Made by a program: the position numbers and the translations under genes. From Vicugna vicugna (Eukaryota), in NCBI GenBank assembly GCA_013265495.1, contig MU058844.1, positions 1,901,520 through 1,965,519 of the forward strand: a stretch of 64,000 nucleotides of DNA, given 5' to 3'. Under the pieces are notes generated by a model. It was not told the origin of the DNA. It worked only from the letters and a program-made list of their open reading frames with translations, and searched no databases. Below are positions 9,488 to 23,474 of this stretch, one piece after another (the first letter of the stretch is position 1; each line of letters begins with the position of its first letter).

Positions 9488-12400
9488 TAGTTGAGCATTA
9501 GAATATTAGAACTCGAAGGGATTTCAGACATTCTCTTCTCCTATGTTGTTTTTCTTTAGAAACAAACACACAAAGAAAAACTTCAGGAGAATTAAGTGTT
9601 TTGCCCAAGGTGGAAAAGAAGATGAACTCTCAAATGTGAATCAAGTTCAAATTTCCCAGCTCTTCCCACCATACCACAGTGTCCCTTTGGAGCCTGCAAT
9701 AACTCTTCATTTCGGGCCTGTACCTATGAATCTTTCCACTCTGTCCTCTTTCGCCACCACTTGAGAGACTTCATGAGACTAAAGCTCTCTTCCATCCCTG
9801 CTGTTCTCCTCTATCTCTCCCTCTTCGTTGCTTTGCAACTCCAGTGGGCCAAAACTGAACTCCAAGTTCTCTTCCTTACACATTCTGATCTCTGAGAACT
9901 AGCAAGGACAGAAATGTGCTAATAACTCATTTATAGCTCTTCCAGGTGTCGTGATAGCTTAACTCACTTTCTTAAATTGACCTTCCCGATTGGTGTTAAT
10001 GAAGGGGATTTCAGAAAGCAGGCCCTTGGCACTTCAGTGTACTCAGTTTTTTATGTCACAGAAGGCAGGATCTGAGTAAATTAAATGAAACTTTCCTTTG
10101 CAAACTGGGTCGTTAACACTAGGTGTGCTGCTTAATGTGACAGTAGAAAAATCAAAATAGCAGAAGTGCCTGCTGACTGATCCTCTTATGATATATTTCC
10201 TATTCTTCTCCCAGGATAGCCTTCTAAAATACAAATCTTACCTGAAATTCAGGGCTGAGTCTGTCAGTGCCTCTCTATAGCCTTCAGTCCCCTTAGCTTT
10301 GCGTGCAATGGCTTCCTTAATCTGGCTTGGCCTGTCTTTCAGTCTAATTTGCAGCCACTATCACATTGTATGTTGCCAGCCATATTATGCTATTCCACAC
10401 CTCCTGCATGTTGTTCCCTCTGGCTGAAATTCTCTCCTGCTAATCTTCTTAGGCCTCTTTAATGCACATGGGTAACTCAGAACCTGACTCATAGCATGAG
10501 CTAAATTAAGGTTTCATAAATGAATGAATGCATGAGTGAACAATATATATCATTGTCATCCTCACCCACCTTCCTCTTTACTGGCGTTTCATGGTAAAGG
10601 TCTTTAAAATGTTAAATAATATCCACTTTAGGCTTTGGAAGAATCCATAACGTCAATAAAATTGCGTATGTATGGGTATGAAAAATCTCGCCTTCTCCCC
10701 CCATCCTTCTCTTTAAATTCCTCATTGTTCACAGGATGTTATTTTGAAATTGCATTTTACATCATGAATTTTTTTCCAAGAGAATATGTTATGATTTTTG
10801 TTTTCAAATATAAATAGTAGCATTTCAAGGCTGTGGTGAAAGGTAAATGTTAGAAATCCTCATTCTTTGCAGTGGTAAATATTTCAAAAGAACTGAAAAG
10901 AGCAGTGTCCCCAGCTGCATCCACAATTGCCATAGTCACTATTATATTTTGACAAAATACACATGGAATTTTGGCAACGTCCTTTACAAATATTACAAGA
11001 TTGTTTTTTTTTTCCAACTTAAAGGCCAGTATTTTCTCCTGGCTTCAGCTGTCAGGGCATTGTCTTTTTGCCATAAACCCATTTCATAATTTACTCAGTT
11101 TCATACAGTTCACAGAATGTGTAAACAAAAGTCTTAAGTTCATAACATTGTAAATTCTCCAAAATGAAAGATAAGCATCTATTGACAAAGCTGTGGGACA
11201 GCAAGTAGGCCTCCTGTCTCTTCTAAAATTCACCATTGTTACTTAGTCCTCACTTCCACAAGGCTAGAGCTCTTTGCTTGGAATTTTATTCAAAAGAATA
11301 TAAATAATGGATGAGTTCGTTGATGTGAATAAGTATCTAGCTCTTCCAAAAGTGACATCTCAAAGACAAGAGCTTATATTCAGACTGAAAATTTTTCATG
11401 ATATAAAATGTTTGTACATGTGAATGGATTGATTTTTAAGATAACAGATCATAAAAATTGACATTTAATAACACAGCAGAATGTAATTATTTGTGTCTAC
11501 TATTCCAGTTTTGCTTACCAGATGTTGACATCAAAAAAGATTAATGATATTTGAACTGCTTATCTTTGGATTGATATTTACACTGTTTTTGTGGGTTCAC
11601 AGTAGGTACTGCCTTTTTAAAGTGTGTACGCATATGTACGTAGGTTCTCTGATTTTGTATCTCTAGCAGATCTCTGTGGTTCCTAGAATGATGTTGACAA
11701 AATTAACTTAGTGTATTATAAAACTAGCACAATGGGAAAAATAAAATAAGACATAAATGTTGCATGAAGTATCCCATGAATTAATGAGAGTTGAGAAACT
11801 GTGCTAGTTTCCCTGATCTAAGGATTTAAGAACTGTTCTGTTTTCCATAATTAATTAAGTAGAATTGTACCATTTTGTGGGGGAGGGGAAGGGAAGTGTG
11901 TTCAAAGTAGACTCAGTAGTACAATTTTGGCATGTTTTACATAATTAAAAAAATTAAAGTAAAACAGTAAAAATATTCTCTTTTAAGATTAAGATCTCAA
12001 CGTTTAAAATATTATTTCTAATAGTCTTTTGGCTCAAATGTGTGTACAACTATAACAATTGAGCATTAAACATACCATGCTTATATAGAGTATTCATAGT
12101 TTTGGGAAAAGTTGCCAAAGCAAAAAGGTATGTATTTTTAGATTTATATTGTGCTTTGCATATGGCCCTTAAGGAATAATTTAGTTTTCAAGATGAGCTC
12201 AAAGTTCACTGTGAAAGGTTTTAAGTTTTGGTTAAAACCCTGACACTTGGGGCACATCTCTTTAGATGGCTGGTGAGTCATCATTTTCTCTTGAATCCTT
12301 TTTTTTTTCTTGATAAGTCTCTCGTATTGGCATAGTCTATTTGAACAATTAAGTAATGTATCTGGTATTATCATTAAAATTGCTAAAATTCAGGTAATGT

Positions 12401-13419
12401 TGACCACGTACAACAACAAATTTTATTGTTACTATTATTATTTTGGTAGAGGTAATGCATTCTTTTTTTTTTTTTTAAGATTTTTTTTTTCCTTAGCAGG
12501 TCTTTTTATTTCTCTAACTCTTATTCTCTAACCTCTATCCTGACAATTCAATTGAATTAGAGGAAGGGAAGAGAATGTGTCCAAAGGATACTTGAACAAT
12601 GCATTTTCCTGTTTACATTGATGCCTAAAAGTCATTTAGAACAGGCTCTAACTGGTTTGCAGGATTTGCAGTAATTTAATTCAGATACCTTGCTGACCCT
12701 AAGGGTGTACTCAAAACAGGCTATAAATGGCAATAAGCACTAAAATGAGTTCTGTGATTTAACATTGGTAGAGTGTTTTAGTAAAAAGTCTCCTCTTCCT
12801 GTGAATGTTCTGATGTAAAAAGGTTACAAACCACACTGAGATTGTAGAGGTCAATGAGGTTAGGAACATTGAGTTCTGCCACTGACTTACTGTGTGGTCT
12901 CCAGGAAAGAAAGTTAAACTTTCAGGGTTTCCACCTTTCCATGTATGGAAGAGAAATAATAACACTTAAATATTTCTCAGTGTATTGCTGTAATTATTTC
13001 TTCTGAAATGCTTTGAAGTAAGCATCAGAGAGATTCACTTTTGTTTTTCAGCTTTGATTTTATTTGTTAGTGAGGGAGAACATATTTTGCATGAGAGAAA
13101 AAAAATTCTTGATAATACAAATGGTAAAATTCTATGTATTATATTTAAGTTCATTCTACATGATTTCATTAAGATCATTAGAGAAACTGGAAAATCCCTT
13201 TCCATTTCATATGGATGCCCTCAGAGATGGTGTCCTCCCTCCCTGTAGCTACAACCACCCTGAACTAAATCTTGGGGACTACATAGTGATGAATCTTTGG
13301 GAAGTTTTCATGTTAAAGAGTTTCCTACTACTACCGAGGGTTGACAACATTATTCAATTGACTAAAATGAGTTTGTCAGTTAAGATATTTTCAAAACAAA
13401 ATAACAGAAAACTCATACT

Positions 13420-14405
13420 GACTTCAACAGTAGAGCACATGCATTGGCTTTTTAATGGCAAAGATCAGAGGTGATAGATAGTAGTAATTGTTTTTCACTA
13501 GGTAGTGCTATAGAAAGAATTCCAAAATTGCAGTGGCTTACAGTGAAGTTTTCTTTGAGGTAGGTTACTCTGTACGAGGGTTTACTTCATCCTGGTAGGC
13601 AGGCTGAGGAAGCAACCCCTACCTAGAATATCTCATGGGATAATACAAAGAAACAGTGAAACTATATACTGGTTTCTAAAACTTCTCAAAAATCACATGT
13701 TTTTCCAACTCATAAAGCAGGTTGCATGGCAAAGGCTCATGTCAGTGGGGTGAGTAAATATAATTCTTAGAGGGATAGGCAACACATACTCTGAAATAAT
13801 AATGCAACCTACCACCTAGAATACAGGTCAGACACAGTTTGATTAGGGCCCAGCTCCGTTTCTCTGAGTCACAACTGTACTTCAATACTGACTTTGACTT
13901 CAGATCATCTTTCTTCATGATAGTAAACTGATAATCATTCTAGGTCTCATATCCTGAAATCATCCATCAAAAGAAGAGAACTCTTTCCAATCATAAAAAA
14001 GGTTTGGGTTTCATTTTGATTGGGCCCACTCTGAGTCACATGCTCAACCCAGAAATCATCACTGTGGCCAGGAAAGGCAAATATTCATTGTCTGAGACCT
14101 GGGATTGAGATCAACCTGGGTGACAGACTCACATAGTACACCCTGAACCAGTAATTGGTGTTGGTCCCACCCGAACCACACAATAGCAGAGGTAGAAGAC
14201 ATACAAGGAGCCAATACCAGATCTGTAGATCCAAATCCATTTTGTGATTAGTCAGCTTTAATAATCACTCCTTCATGAAGTTCCATTGCCCTCCCTGCCC
14301 TTAAATTCTGTGATTTAACCCCATATATGGCTATCATAATATCCTTCAGTTTAATTTAGTTTGGAAAGAATTTCTGTTGCTTGCAATTCAAAAAGTATTT
14401 AACTT
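13420..14405. mobile_element. Cluster of old MaLR (MLT1-type) LTR fragments
   Basis: CAAAATTGCAGTGGCTTA; TTGATTGGGCCCACTCTGAGTCACATGCTCAACCCAGAAATCATCACTGTGGCCAGG; TTTCTGTTGCTTGCAATTCAAAAAG. Confidence 0.65.
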
Positions 14406-14479
14406 GGCAAAAAAAAAATACAGAACTCACAACAAATTGTTGCATAATAGAGGACTCAATAACAATTTTTAAAAATTGA

Positions 14480-14650
14480 CCTTGATTTGAAACCAAATCC
14501 TTCATTTCCTAACTGTGGGACTTTTAACAAGTTATTAAATTTGCTAGGCATATTTCCCTATCTTTAAAAAGAGAATAATCGAGATGTAAGGCTTTTGGCA
14601 ACAATTCAGTGAGCTAATGTACACGTGTAAAGGTCTTGCCTACTGTAGAG
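14480..14650 (+). mobile_element. MIR fragment
   Basis: TTCCTAACTGTGGGACTTTTAACAAGTTATTAAA...TATCTTTAAAAAGAGAATAAT. Confidence 0.55.
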
Positions 14651-17600
14651 TGTGACTAATTAATACGGGGTGTTTTATAAAGTGTTATAAAATTTAGAGA
14701 TGGTGGAGATCATTGCTTGAGGGATTAGACAGTCTTTGTGGGGAATGTGGCATTTTAGCTTGATTTTAAAATCTAGAATCTACATGGGAAATCTCTAGAA
14801 GATAATAGGCAAGCATCCAAGGCCTCCTGGCTTGCAGAAGTGAGGACACACAGGACGTCCTCAGAAAATGGAAAATTGGCATGTTAGTTCTATAAAAGTT
14901 CTCATTCACAACTCCCTCCATACTTCATCTCACTTTCCATCTCCAAGCCTGAAACAGTGCTTTTGCCCATTTCAGCCAGGTTACTTACACCTACAAGCAG
15001 GTCAACTCCAGCTGCCTCCTCTGTGGTATTTCTTCAGTCAGTGTATTCACACTTTTCATGCATGGTTGCTTACTCAGACAGGGCATTTTCAATACTTTCA
15101 TCCATACTTTCATGCTGTTATCCATCTTACTTTTATGTTAATATTTCATAATTTCTAACATACTCTGGGTATGAATAAAAAATATATACCTTTATTTAAA
15201 ATGTGCATAATTATACCTTCTGCTGACTTGAGGGGTGAAAAAAACTTTCCAAATGGAATTAATTTTATTCCAAAATGGGCAATTAATAATGTATATTATG
15301 TATATTACATAGAGTATTTCTCATTTAGAGAATGACACAAAATTCATTTTTTTCTAATTAAATTGTGCTTTGTTCAAAAATGTGTGTACATTATTTATTA
15401 CTGGACCCAAATTCAGGAATGAAAAGAATTAAATACTCTCAGTACTACAGAACTAGTTTTGGTTTTCTTTCCCAGATTCTGTCCTTTTATACTTAACACG
15501 AGCTGGAAACATTAGGAAGCTAACTAATTCTATAGGTCACTTCATCATCAAAATATCAAATTCAGTGCTTACAAAATCCCCACTATAGAACATGTCACAG
15601 TTACCTCTTCTCAGAGTCTCCTTTTTTCTGACCTTTATAATACACTTTTCATTCTTCTGTTTGATAACCTATTTCTCATGGTTTGCTGGTGATCTGAAAG
15701 GCTTTGCATAGTGAATGAAATATGTTGAACCTCTAATGAGAAAAATTGGGTCACAAGTTTTGAAAATAGGCATGGTGATGACACATAAAAATGAGCTAAG
15801 GAAAAATAGAAGCAAAACAAACAAAGGAAGGAAGTAAATTTCTTTGATTAAAAACATTGCATTTGACATTCTTAAATTGGATTTTTTTTGTTGCCATTCT
15901 TGGTGTGTTTGCATGTTTGTTTGCTTACTGGCATTTTTTAACCACCATTAAGCTTTGTTTTGTTACCATTGCTGCATCAGCCAGTGGAGAACAAAGAGAA
16001 TTTCTGGTTCAATTCTGGTAAAACTCTTACAATTAAGAGGAGAACTTTGAAAGGCAGTCCCCAGAGAGTGGGATATATTTAAGTCCTGTCTTTACATAGG
16101 TTAATACTCCAGGCATTCCTGTATCCTGATAAAACATCCCTGGAGTTTTTTATGCCAGGAAATACTCACCTTTTGTCCTCCCAGTATGACAGTTTTGAAT
16201 AAAAATCAAAGATTTTTATCAGACCATTTACTTCCACCTATACTATACCAATCTGATATAAAAAGAATGCTCAGAGATCATTTAAATCCAAATAAACAAG
16301 TTTAGGCCACCTGCCCAGTCTTGGAAAGTTCTGTTTTGCATCACGAAGACCTCAAGGTTAATTGGTTTTCATCTCAGTTCAGATCCCATCACTCAGAACC
16401 ACGAAGAACAAAATATCAAAATGAATTAATATAATGGAAAATTTTATTACTGGGCATTCTGAATGATCTTTGACAATATAAAGAAGTAGAAGACCTCCTG
16501 ATATATATGGCATTTTATTTGTTAAGCTTAAAACTAGAATGGGAGAGGGAGACAAAAGTTTTGGTTCCCAAATACAAATTTCAGACCAGAAAAATAGATG
16601 AGAAAATAAGTAATCATATGCAATAAGAAGTTAATTTATGTTAGTATTTAACAAACAAAGTAATTAAAAGATCTACAGGAAGTTCTCAATGATACGTATG
16701 GACTTACAAGGAAAATAATTTTTAGCAATCCTTTAAAATGACAAAAAGAATTCAAAGATCTATGTATGAAATGTTTTTTCTTGTCTTAGAGGCCTCTGTT
16801 TCTCCACGGAACCTTGCCATTGTTGATGGCGCGCCACTCTGTGAATGGCTGAGAGCACACAGAACCTTCCCTGCCAGCCAGTCTTTCCTCTCACCCCAGC
16901 CAGAGCTCCTAGGAATTCCTTTGACGACTAAATGAGGTAACAGATAAACAGTTGCTTCGTGAATAATCATGCATTAGGCAAATGTCACTTGTTTTGCCTC
17001 CTGGTAGGTCACTGCTAGGTATTCTCTGAAAAGCAACATTAAATAAATTCTGTTTATATCATGATTTTGCGTCTAGATAGCCTTTGTGATGATTGCTATT
17101 TATATATGTATATACACACACAGCCTTTTAGTGGAAATTTCAGTTTTATCAGCAAATTTCCCCTTAAGGACGTGATTATTTTAGTTGTCAATTCCTTGGA
17201 TTAATTGATTGATTGATTGATTTTTTTTAATTGAAGTGGCCAGTTTTGCAAGTGGTGCCCCAGGTGGAGATATACCATGGTTTTGAATACAGGAAAAAGT
17301 AAACGCTTTGGTTGGTTTCTGGGGAAATTGTTGCTGATGCCTATTGTTGAATTGTTAGCAGTACTGAGTGCTCATTTCATTGGGGAACTTCCCATAATGG
17401 AGACCTGTCCACTCGGTTTTGTGAGATGTTGCTTAAAAGAATCATTTCATGGGCATCCTATGGTGCATTTTTTCCTTTTCAACTGGTTACCTTTTATCCT
17501 GGGGCTCATCCAAGCACTTTTCTACCCAGTCACAGTAACACGGTGCTTCTCCCTCCCCCTCCCCTTGCCCTCCATCCCCAACCTGGATCTGCAAACTGGG

Positions 17601-17849
17601 AAATTCAATTTAGAGAAGTTGAGATGTGAAATATAATTGATCTCAGCATATTTCCAGTAGAACCCAGCTCTTAACTATTTTATATCTGTTTGAATCAATG
17701 CCGTGGAAAACCAAGGTTATACAGTTTTTTGTACGTCTATTTTCTTCACATTATAGCATCAAGGAATTAAGCTTTATGCATTTTAAATTGCATTGTTTTA
17801 AAAATAATTTTAACCATCTAATTCTTCTAAAATATTTTATAGTAAAGAC

Positions 17850-18065
17850 ACCATATATTGAAGACTTACTATGAGCTAGGAACAGTGTTAAATGTTCTAA
17901 TTTAACCCTACAAAAACCATAGAGGTAACTATTATTAACTACATTTTATTATTGAGGAAGTAGGTTAGAAATGATCTTAAGTTTCTTACCCAGGTACACA
18001 AAACTAGTAAAAGAGATACAACAAAAAGAGATAGAACAAAAAATTGAATCAATTGCCTGAATACT
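17850..18065 (-). mobile_element. MIR fragment
   Basis: TATTGAAGACTTACTATGAGCTAGG..GAGGTAACTATTATT..CATTTTATTATTGAGGAAG..CCCAGGTACACA. Confidence 0.65.
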
Positions 18066-20274
18066 TACCAGTTACAAATTAGCATGACTCTCAGTACAGT
18101 TTTCAAAATCAGTTTATCTAAAATGGTGTTTTTAAAATATTTTAGCAGTGAAATATTCTTTTTAAAAATAATTCTAATGCAAAGGAGATTGAATTTTATT
18201 ATGTAATATTTATCTGTTTTTTTTATTTTTGACAATAATAATTCACAGACATTGTAAACATTCAAACGGCACAGAAATGCACAATGTGAAAAGAAGTGAA
18301 AATTCTGTTTGACAGACACAAAACTTTCAGGCAGTAATTTAGGTGACTGCCTAAGTCAGATCAGCCTTGGCATTCAATTTGTCTTTGTAATTTACTGGAT
18401 TGTTTAGGAAATAGAACATCTTGACTCTTACCAACAGGAGGGTATGACCTTGTATTCTTATATTTATGTGTGTGTGTGTGTGTGTACAGGCACACACAGA
18501 TACGAGTTACAGGGAAAAAAAAAAGCACAGAGCCATAACCATCTTAATTAAGGACACATGTTTGCAAGTTCAAATATAGTCCCAGAGATGGTAAGAAAGA
18601 TTTTAGGTTAAGGCCTGCAGGAAAATGAATTAACCTGGCAGCAGAAGCCAAATATACTGGTGGTCTAAAATGTGTTAAAATTTAGTATGTAACACATTTG
18701 AATGTCTTAACAATTTTTATGTTAAAATATTAAATTGGAGTCGAATGTCAATAAACCTTTTAAGACAACTTTAAGAACTAAGGTTCCATAGAAAACAGTT
18801 TGAAAATCACCCCTCAAGACATCCCATCCACTACTAACCCCCTTTATTTAAGAACGGTAATCCTTTCGAACCTCTGTCTAACCTGTAGATCTTCACATCA
18901 GATAGTTGTCAAGCATCAGGAAAGTTAAATACTCAAAAATACACTCACACATGTGCACCCACACATACACACAGACATGTCTCTTAACAATCTGTAGCAA
19001 AAACATACCCTAAAGTATATCTAGTCGACATATATCAAATATATTTTGATACTGGAGTTGTAGAGAAATAAGGGAAATTCCTAAGCAAATGGTTCCTGAT
19101 GGTCCATGCTAAAGTTAAGAATATCATTTGGGACAGACAGTTTGTATGAAACAAAGACTATGGTTAAAGTTGGGAGTGAAAAGCACTTAAAACTTGGGGT
19201 GAAGTTAAGGTTCATGTTTAATGTTATAATCCTTGGTTATGGTACCCAAGGATGTCAGTCTTTAATTTTTTCCATGAATATATTTTCTTAGTGAAAGAGA
19301 ATGCTCAATTAGGGAATATTATCTTCAACAGTCATCCGTCTACAAATTAGTTATTTTAACGGAGGTCCTGTCTTGAAAATCATAAACTTAGATTCAGTGG
19401 CAAGCAGATTTTCCTGTAAGTTTATTTGTTTCTTTGTTTTATTTCTCCTATGGCTTGAATTCATAACTATGACTACGCCCTTGAACCGAGCTTCCAAGTC
19501 ATTTTGCTGTTTGATTAAGTAAGATCTGGCTAAGAAGCTACATTTGAGCAGATGATAGTAGAAGTATGCTAATATGTAAGAGGGAGAGCAGTTTCTTCAT
19601 ATTTTTTAATTTGGCCTTACAGCAGTTGAGGGATTTAATTATCTCCTTTTGAATCTTGTTGTGTTTTTTCTTGTTAGACTGAATTCAGCTTTTATTATTT
19701 ATTTCTGTGACTGCACAAGACGAACTGAAAAACTGAAAAACACCAGGCACATCAGGAACTAATTTAACTTGGGTCCCAGTTAAGAATGAAGGAAGGTCTT
19801 GGTTCTGTGCCCCATTCCACTCCCACTTTGTTGAATTTGCTTCAGCAAAGCGAGGGGTAGCATTTTGTGTTGCTTTTGTACTATTTAATATACCATCTAA
19901 AACAGTACTTTCAAATGGTGGTTTTCAGTATGGGTCCTCTGGCTCACTGGAGTTCCATAAAAGTCCTCCACAGCAATCTGCATAACAGTACCAAATACAA
20001 GTAACAAAGGGAAAAAGACGTAAAAATCAGGACTTGCGCTACAGAAAAAGTAACATTAGGAAATAAAGCATTTTAAAATATCATAATGGGGCTTTTATTT
20101 TTTTCCTTTTTTTTTTTTTTTAGCATTATCAAGTAAGCTGTGTAGGAGGTCTGAGGAATCTTTACTGTTTAAATGTAGCCAGTAAAATAAAAGATTTGGG
20201 GTGAGTGCTATTAGTTTTATTTATACAGCTGATTTCACATGTCAGAGGTTTATCAACTTGGAAAGGGGAAATAC

Positions 20275-20585
20275 AGATCCACAATCACTTACGTAAAATT
20301 TTTGAAGTCAGATGTGTCTCAGAATTGAGAATTTCTTAGATTTTAACAAGGTAATAGCAAGACATATGATATATATCATGTAACATCACTAAGAGTGTCT
20401 GGATTAGTGCCCAGTAATTAAAACATGTTAATACCCATACAGAAAAATGTATGAATATTCCCATTAAATAGAATAAAGATCATAAATAACCTTATTTCCA
20501 TTATTTCAGGGCAAGTCTTGCCAATAAATCTGTTTTCGATGTTTTCTGCATTTCAGAATTGTAGTTAAGGGATTATCGACCTCTG
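20275..20585. mobile_element. Tigger4/MER46C-like DNA transposon relic
   Basis: Degenerate terminal inverted repeats CAGATCCACAATCACTTA ... TAAGGGATTATCGACCTCTG; internal CAGAATTGAGAATTTCTTAGATTTTA. Confidence 0.65.
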
Positions 20586-21789
20586 TTACCTAATAGCTCT
20601 CCCAGATGGTGCACCAGTTCACATTCCCACCAACATTTATAGATGATTTCTTGGCAGGTCTTAGTCATCCTTGAATTAATGTCCAGCAGGGTGTCTAACT
20701 CATAGTGAGTATTAATTTTTAATTGAATTATTTAAGCAAAACACCACCATCAAGAAGATGAACCAAAATAATAACCTCTGGGGAATATTCAGTGAGCAGT
20801 CACTTAAAAATGAATTGAAAAACAAAAACATGAGTTTTTCTCACACGCTATACGTAAGTTGGTTTTGGTTTGTGTATAAGGCTAAATTAAACAAGATCTG
20901 CATTTCCCAAGGACCCCCAAATATTTAAATGACCAAGCTCTGTGCAGTTATAGGTCAATCACGTAGTCCAATTTGGGAGTTTAAAGGGCTCAAAGTAAAA
21001 TATGTTAGAGGTATTTCTCATACCTTTAGAGTGACCATGCTGGGAGTTTCTTGACAATTCAGGATACAGGATTCTTCTAGCACAGAGCTTTGCAAAGTTT
21101 CACTATAAATATAAACCTCATCAGCTGACATCTAATTCTTTTTTGTTCCCCCTAAAGAACACTATGGCTTTTTTTCCCTATTCCATATCATCATTAAACA
21201 ATAGCAATCCTTCCTGATTAGCCTTTGAAGGTATTTGTCCAAACAGTGTCAGATCTGAGCTATACCAAAAGTTATCGTAATTATATAATGCAATTCCACC
21301 AAGAAGAAGTAATTCCTGGAACACATCTTTCTTGGTCTAACTCAAAACAGATTAGGCATCTACAGTGTTTACTATTTGCGTGTGAAAACAATTATCCTGC
21401 CCTGCTCTTTGAATGGCTCCGGAGAGATGGCTCCTCTCCTTTGTCCTGGGCTACCAGTGCTCTCCAAACCCTTTAGCTGCCAGGCATATTCCTTTAGAAA
21501 GTGAATATTCCAGAAATGCATTTATCATCAGCTCTGGTTCTCGAGAATGCTTCATGAGTTTCCTCTGAACATTAGGGCTCTTATATTTCAGGAATTATAA
21601 ATATTTAGGAGAGAAAATGTTAATTCAGAGATTTACATTTTTCTGTTTGCCTTCTGCTGATTTCCTTCCAGGCCATCTCTCACCCTACTGTAGTAATGTG
21701 TCTAAGCTATTCAGCTGTTTGATCACTTTAGTCCTTTTCTTAGAAACCGCCTTTTGTTCCCTTTTACCATCAGTGTTAAAAAAAAAATT

Positions 21790-22240
21790 GTTATTTTGTT
21801 TGTTTTTTACTGTTATTCTGAATCCACTTCTCTGGCTCCATGTCCCTTCCTTCCCCACCTACTCCAGGTATATCTATGTTTCAACTTCAGTAAACTCCAT
21901 GCTGTTCTAAAAACACCAAAACCTTGATCTTATACCTTTGTACATACTTGTCTTTTTGTCTGTGATACACTCCACTCCTTCTCAAACAAACTCATACTTA
22001 TATCCCAGGAAGCAGTTTAAACATCAGCCGAGGGAAACTTCCTGACAATTTCTTTGTGCTCTTCTAACATTTTTTATATCCTCCTATTGTGGCACTTCTT
22101 GGTCAATGTCATTTTAAGTATTCTGTGATATTTCTACCTTTTCTTAACTTTTTGTGTCTTTTCTAGAACATCTCATATGGTCAAGTATATTTTTGGTGCT
22201 TTGTAAATCTACCTTGATTGAATACATATGAATGAATGTT
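21790..22240 (+). mobile_element. L2 3' fragment
   Basis: Pyrimidine-rich decayed L2 motifs (ACCTTTGTACATACTTGTC, AACTCATACTTATATCCC), ending ..TGAATGAATG. Confidence 0.5.
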
Positions 22241-23474
22241 TCATGGATGCATTAACAAATTTCTTTTGGGGGGTGTTCAGTTTATGACGTATTACTTAAT
22301 AAGAAAACGCCACTCTAATAATATAAAACTCCATGAAGTTTTTAACTGAAAAAATAAATATATTTTTTTCATTTTAAACACAACGTATGCTATGATGAAG
22401 CAGAACATCATGCACTGTCTATAAAAATAACATCATCTGTCTTCATGGGAAGATTTGCAGATCTTTCTCAATAATCACGTTTCTAAAAATCCCTTGACAC
22501 GTGATAAAGAGTGGTGATGAAGGATGATCCAAGTTCTAGGAAATGTCAACAATTAAGGATTATGAGGATACCAAATATGTGTGCTAAATTGACTTTCTTC
22601 AGTATTTGACACAATTCTTAGAGCATGTGATGCCTTAAAACCCAGCTTCAAAGAAGCCACCCAGTCCCTGTTTTCAAAGCAGGGCTGAGCCTGGTTTCTT
22701 TGTGGTGCACTCCTCCTGGAGCCAAGGACTTTGCTCTAGGCTATTTCCTGCTCTCTGGAGAGCAGAATGCAGGGCTTCCCTCAGCTACCATCCCTCCCTG
22801 ACCAGTTCACTGCTCTCTGCCACTATCAGCAAGCAAAGCCCAAGGGACCCAGGACCTGAAAACAAACCATTTATTTGGTTGCATTTCCTCACAGAGTGAT
22901 AAGCAGTATTCACTCTAACTTAAGAGCGAAATAGGACATCACAAATGAAACACATGATGGTTAGTCCAAAACTACTCCTAATTTGTATTTGGAGTAATTG
23001 ATTTGTCTTCCTTCCAATGGTGACCATACCATTTTAATTTTCTTATGTGGAACTAGGAACCTTATAGTCTTCTACTGAAATTGATGTCACCTAGCATGAA
23101 ATCATCTATTAAATCTTCCCCTTTTGGTGGGAAAAGAGGGGGCACTTAGCATATCTCCATTTCTCTACTCATTAATCCTACATGTTTTTTGCAGCTGTGA
23201 AAGAAAAGGAATTTTTGTACTTTTTTTTTTACTTGTGGTCTTATTTTAAATAATCTGATAGGATTTATAGAAAAAATACAGGAAATTTTAGGTCTCCCAG
23301 ATGTTATTGATAAAAAGGAATTAGTACCTGGCTGTTATGCTTAGCTATTAGGAATTAGGGTTGAAATATTCTAAAGTTTTGCAATTTTTACATAAAAATG
23401 GGTTTTGCTGGATATTCAGGGAACTTTCTCAATCTAAAGATTCAAATTCTTTACTATCTCTGGAATATTGACTT

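Noticed and set aside
10880..11090. Minus-strand Cys-rich peptide (CNICKGRCQNSMC..GNCGCSWGHC), faintly like a CXC domain
   Set aside because: It needs a frameshift in a T10 run to connect to an upstream ATG, has no splice signals, and its Cys spacing fits no family I can name. A TBLASTX/HMM search would settle it.
19332..19414. Possible + strand coding exon (CAG| ... CCT|GTAAGT) with one open frame
   Set aside because: Weak polypyrimidine tract and donor exon context; unrecognisable peptide; no partner exons.
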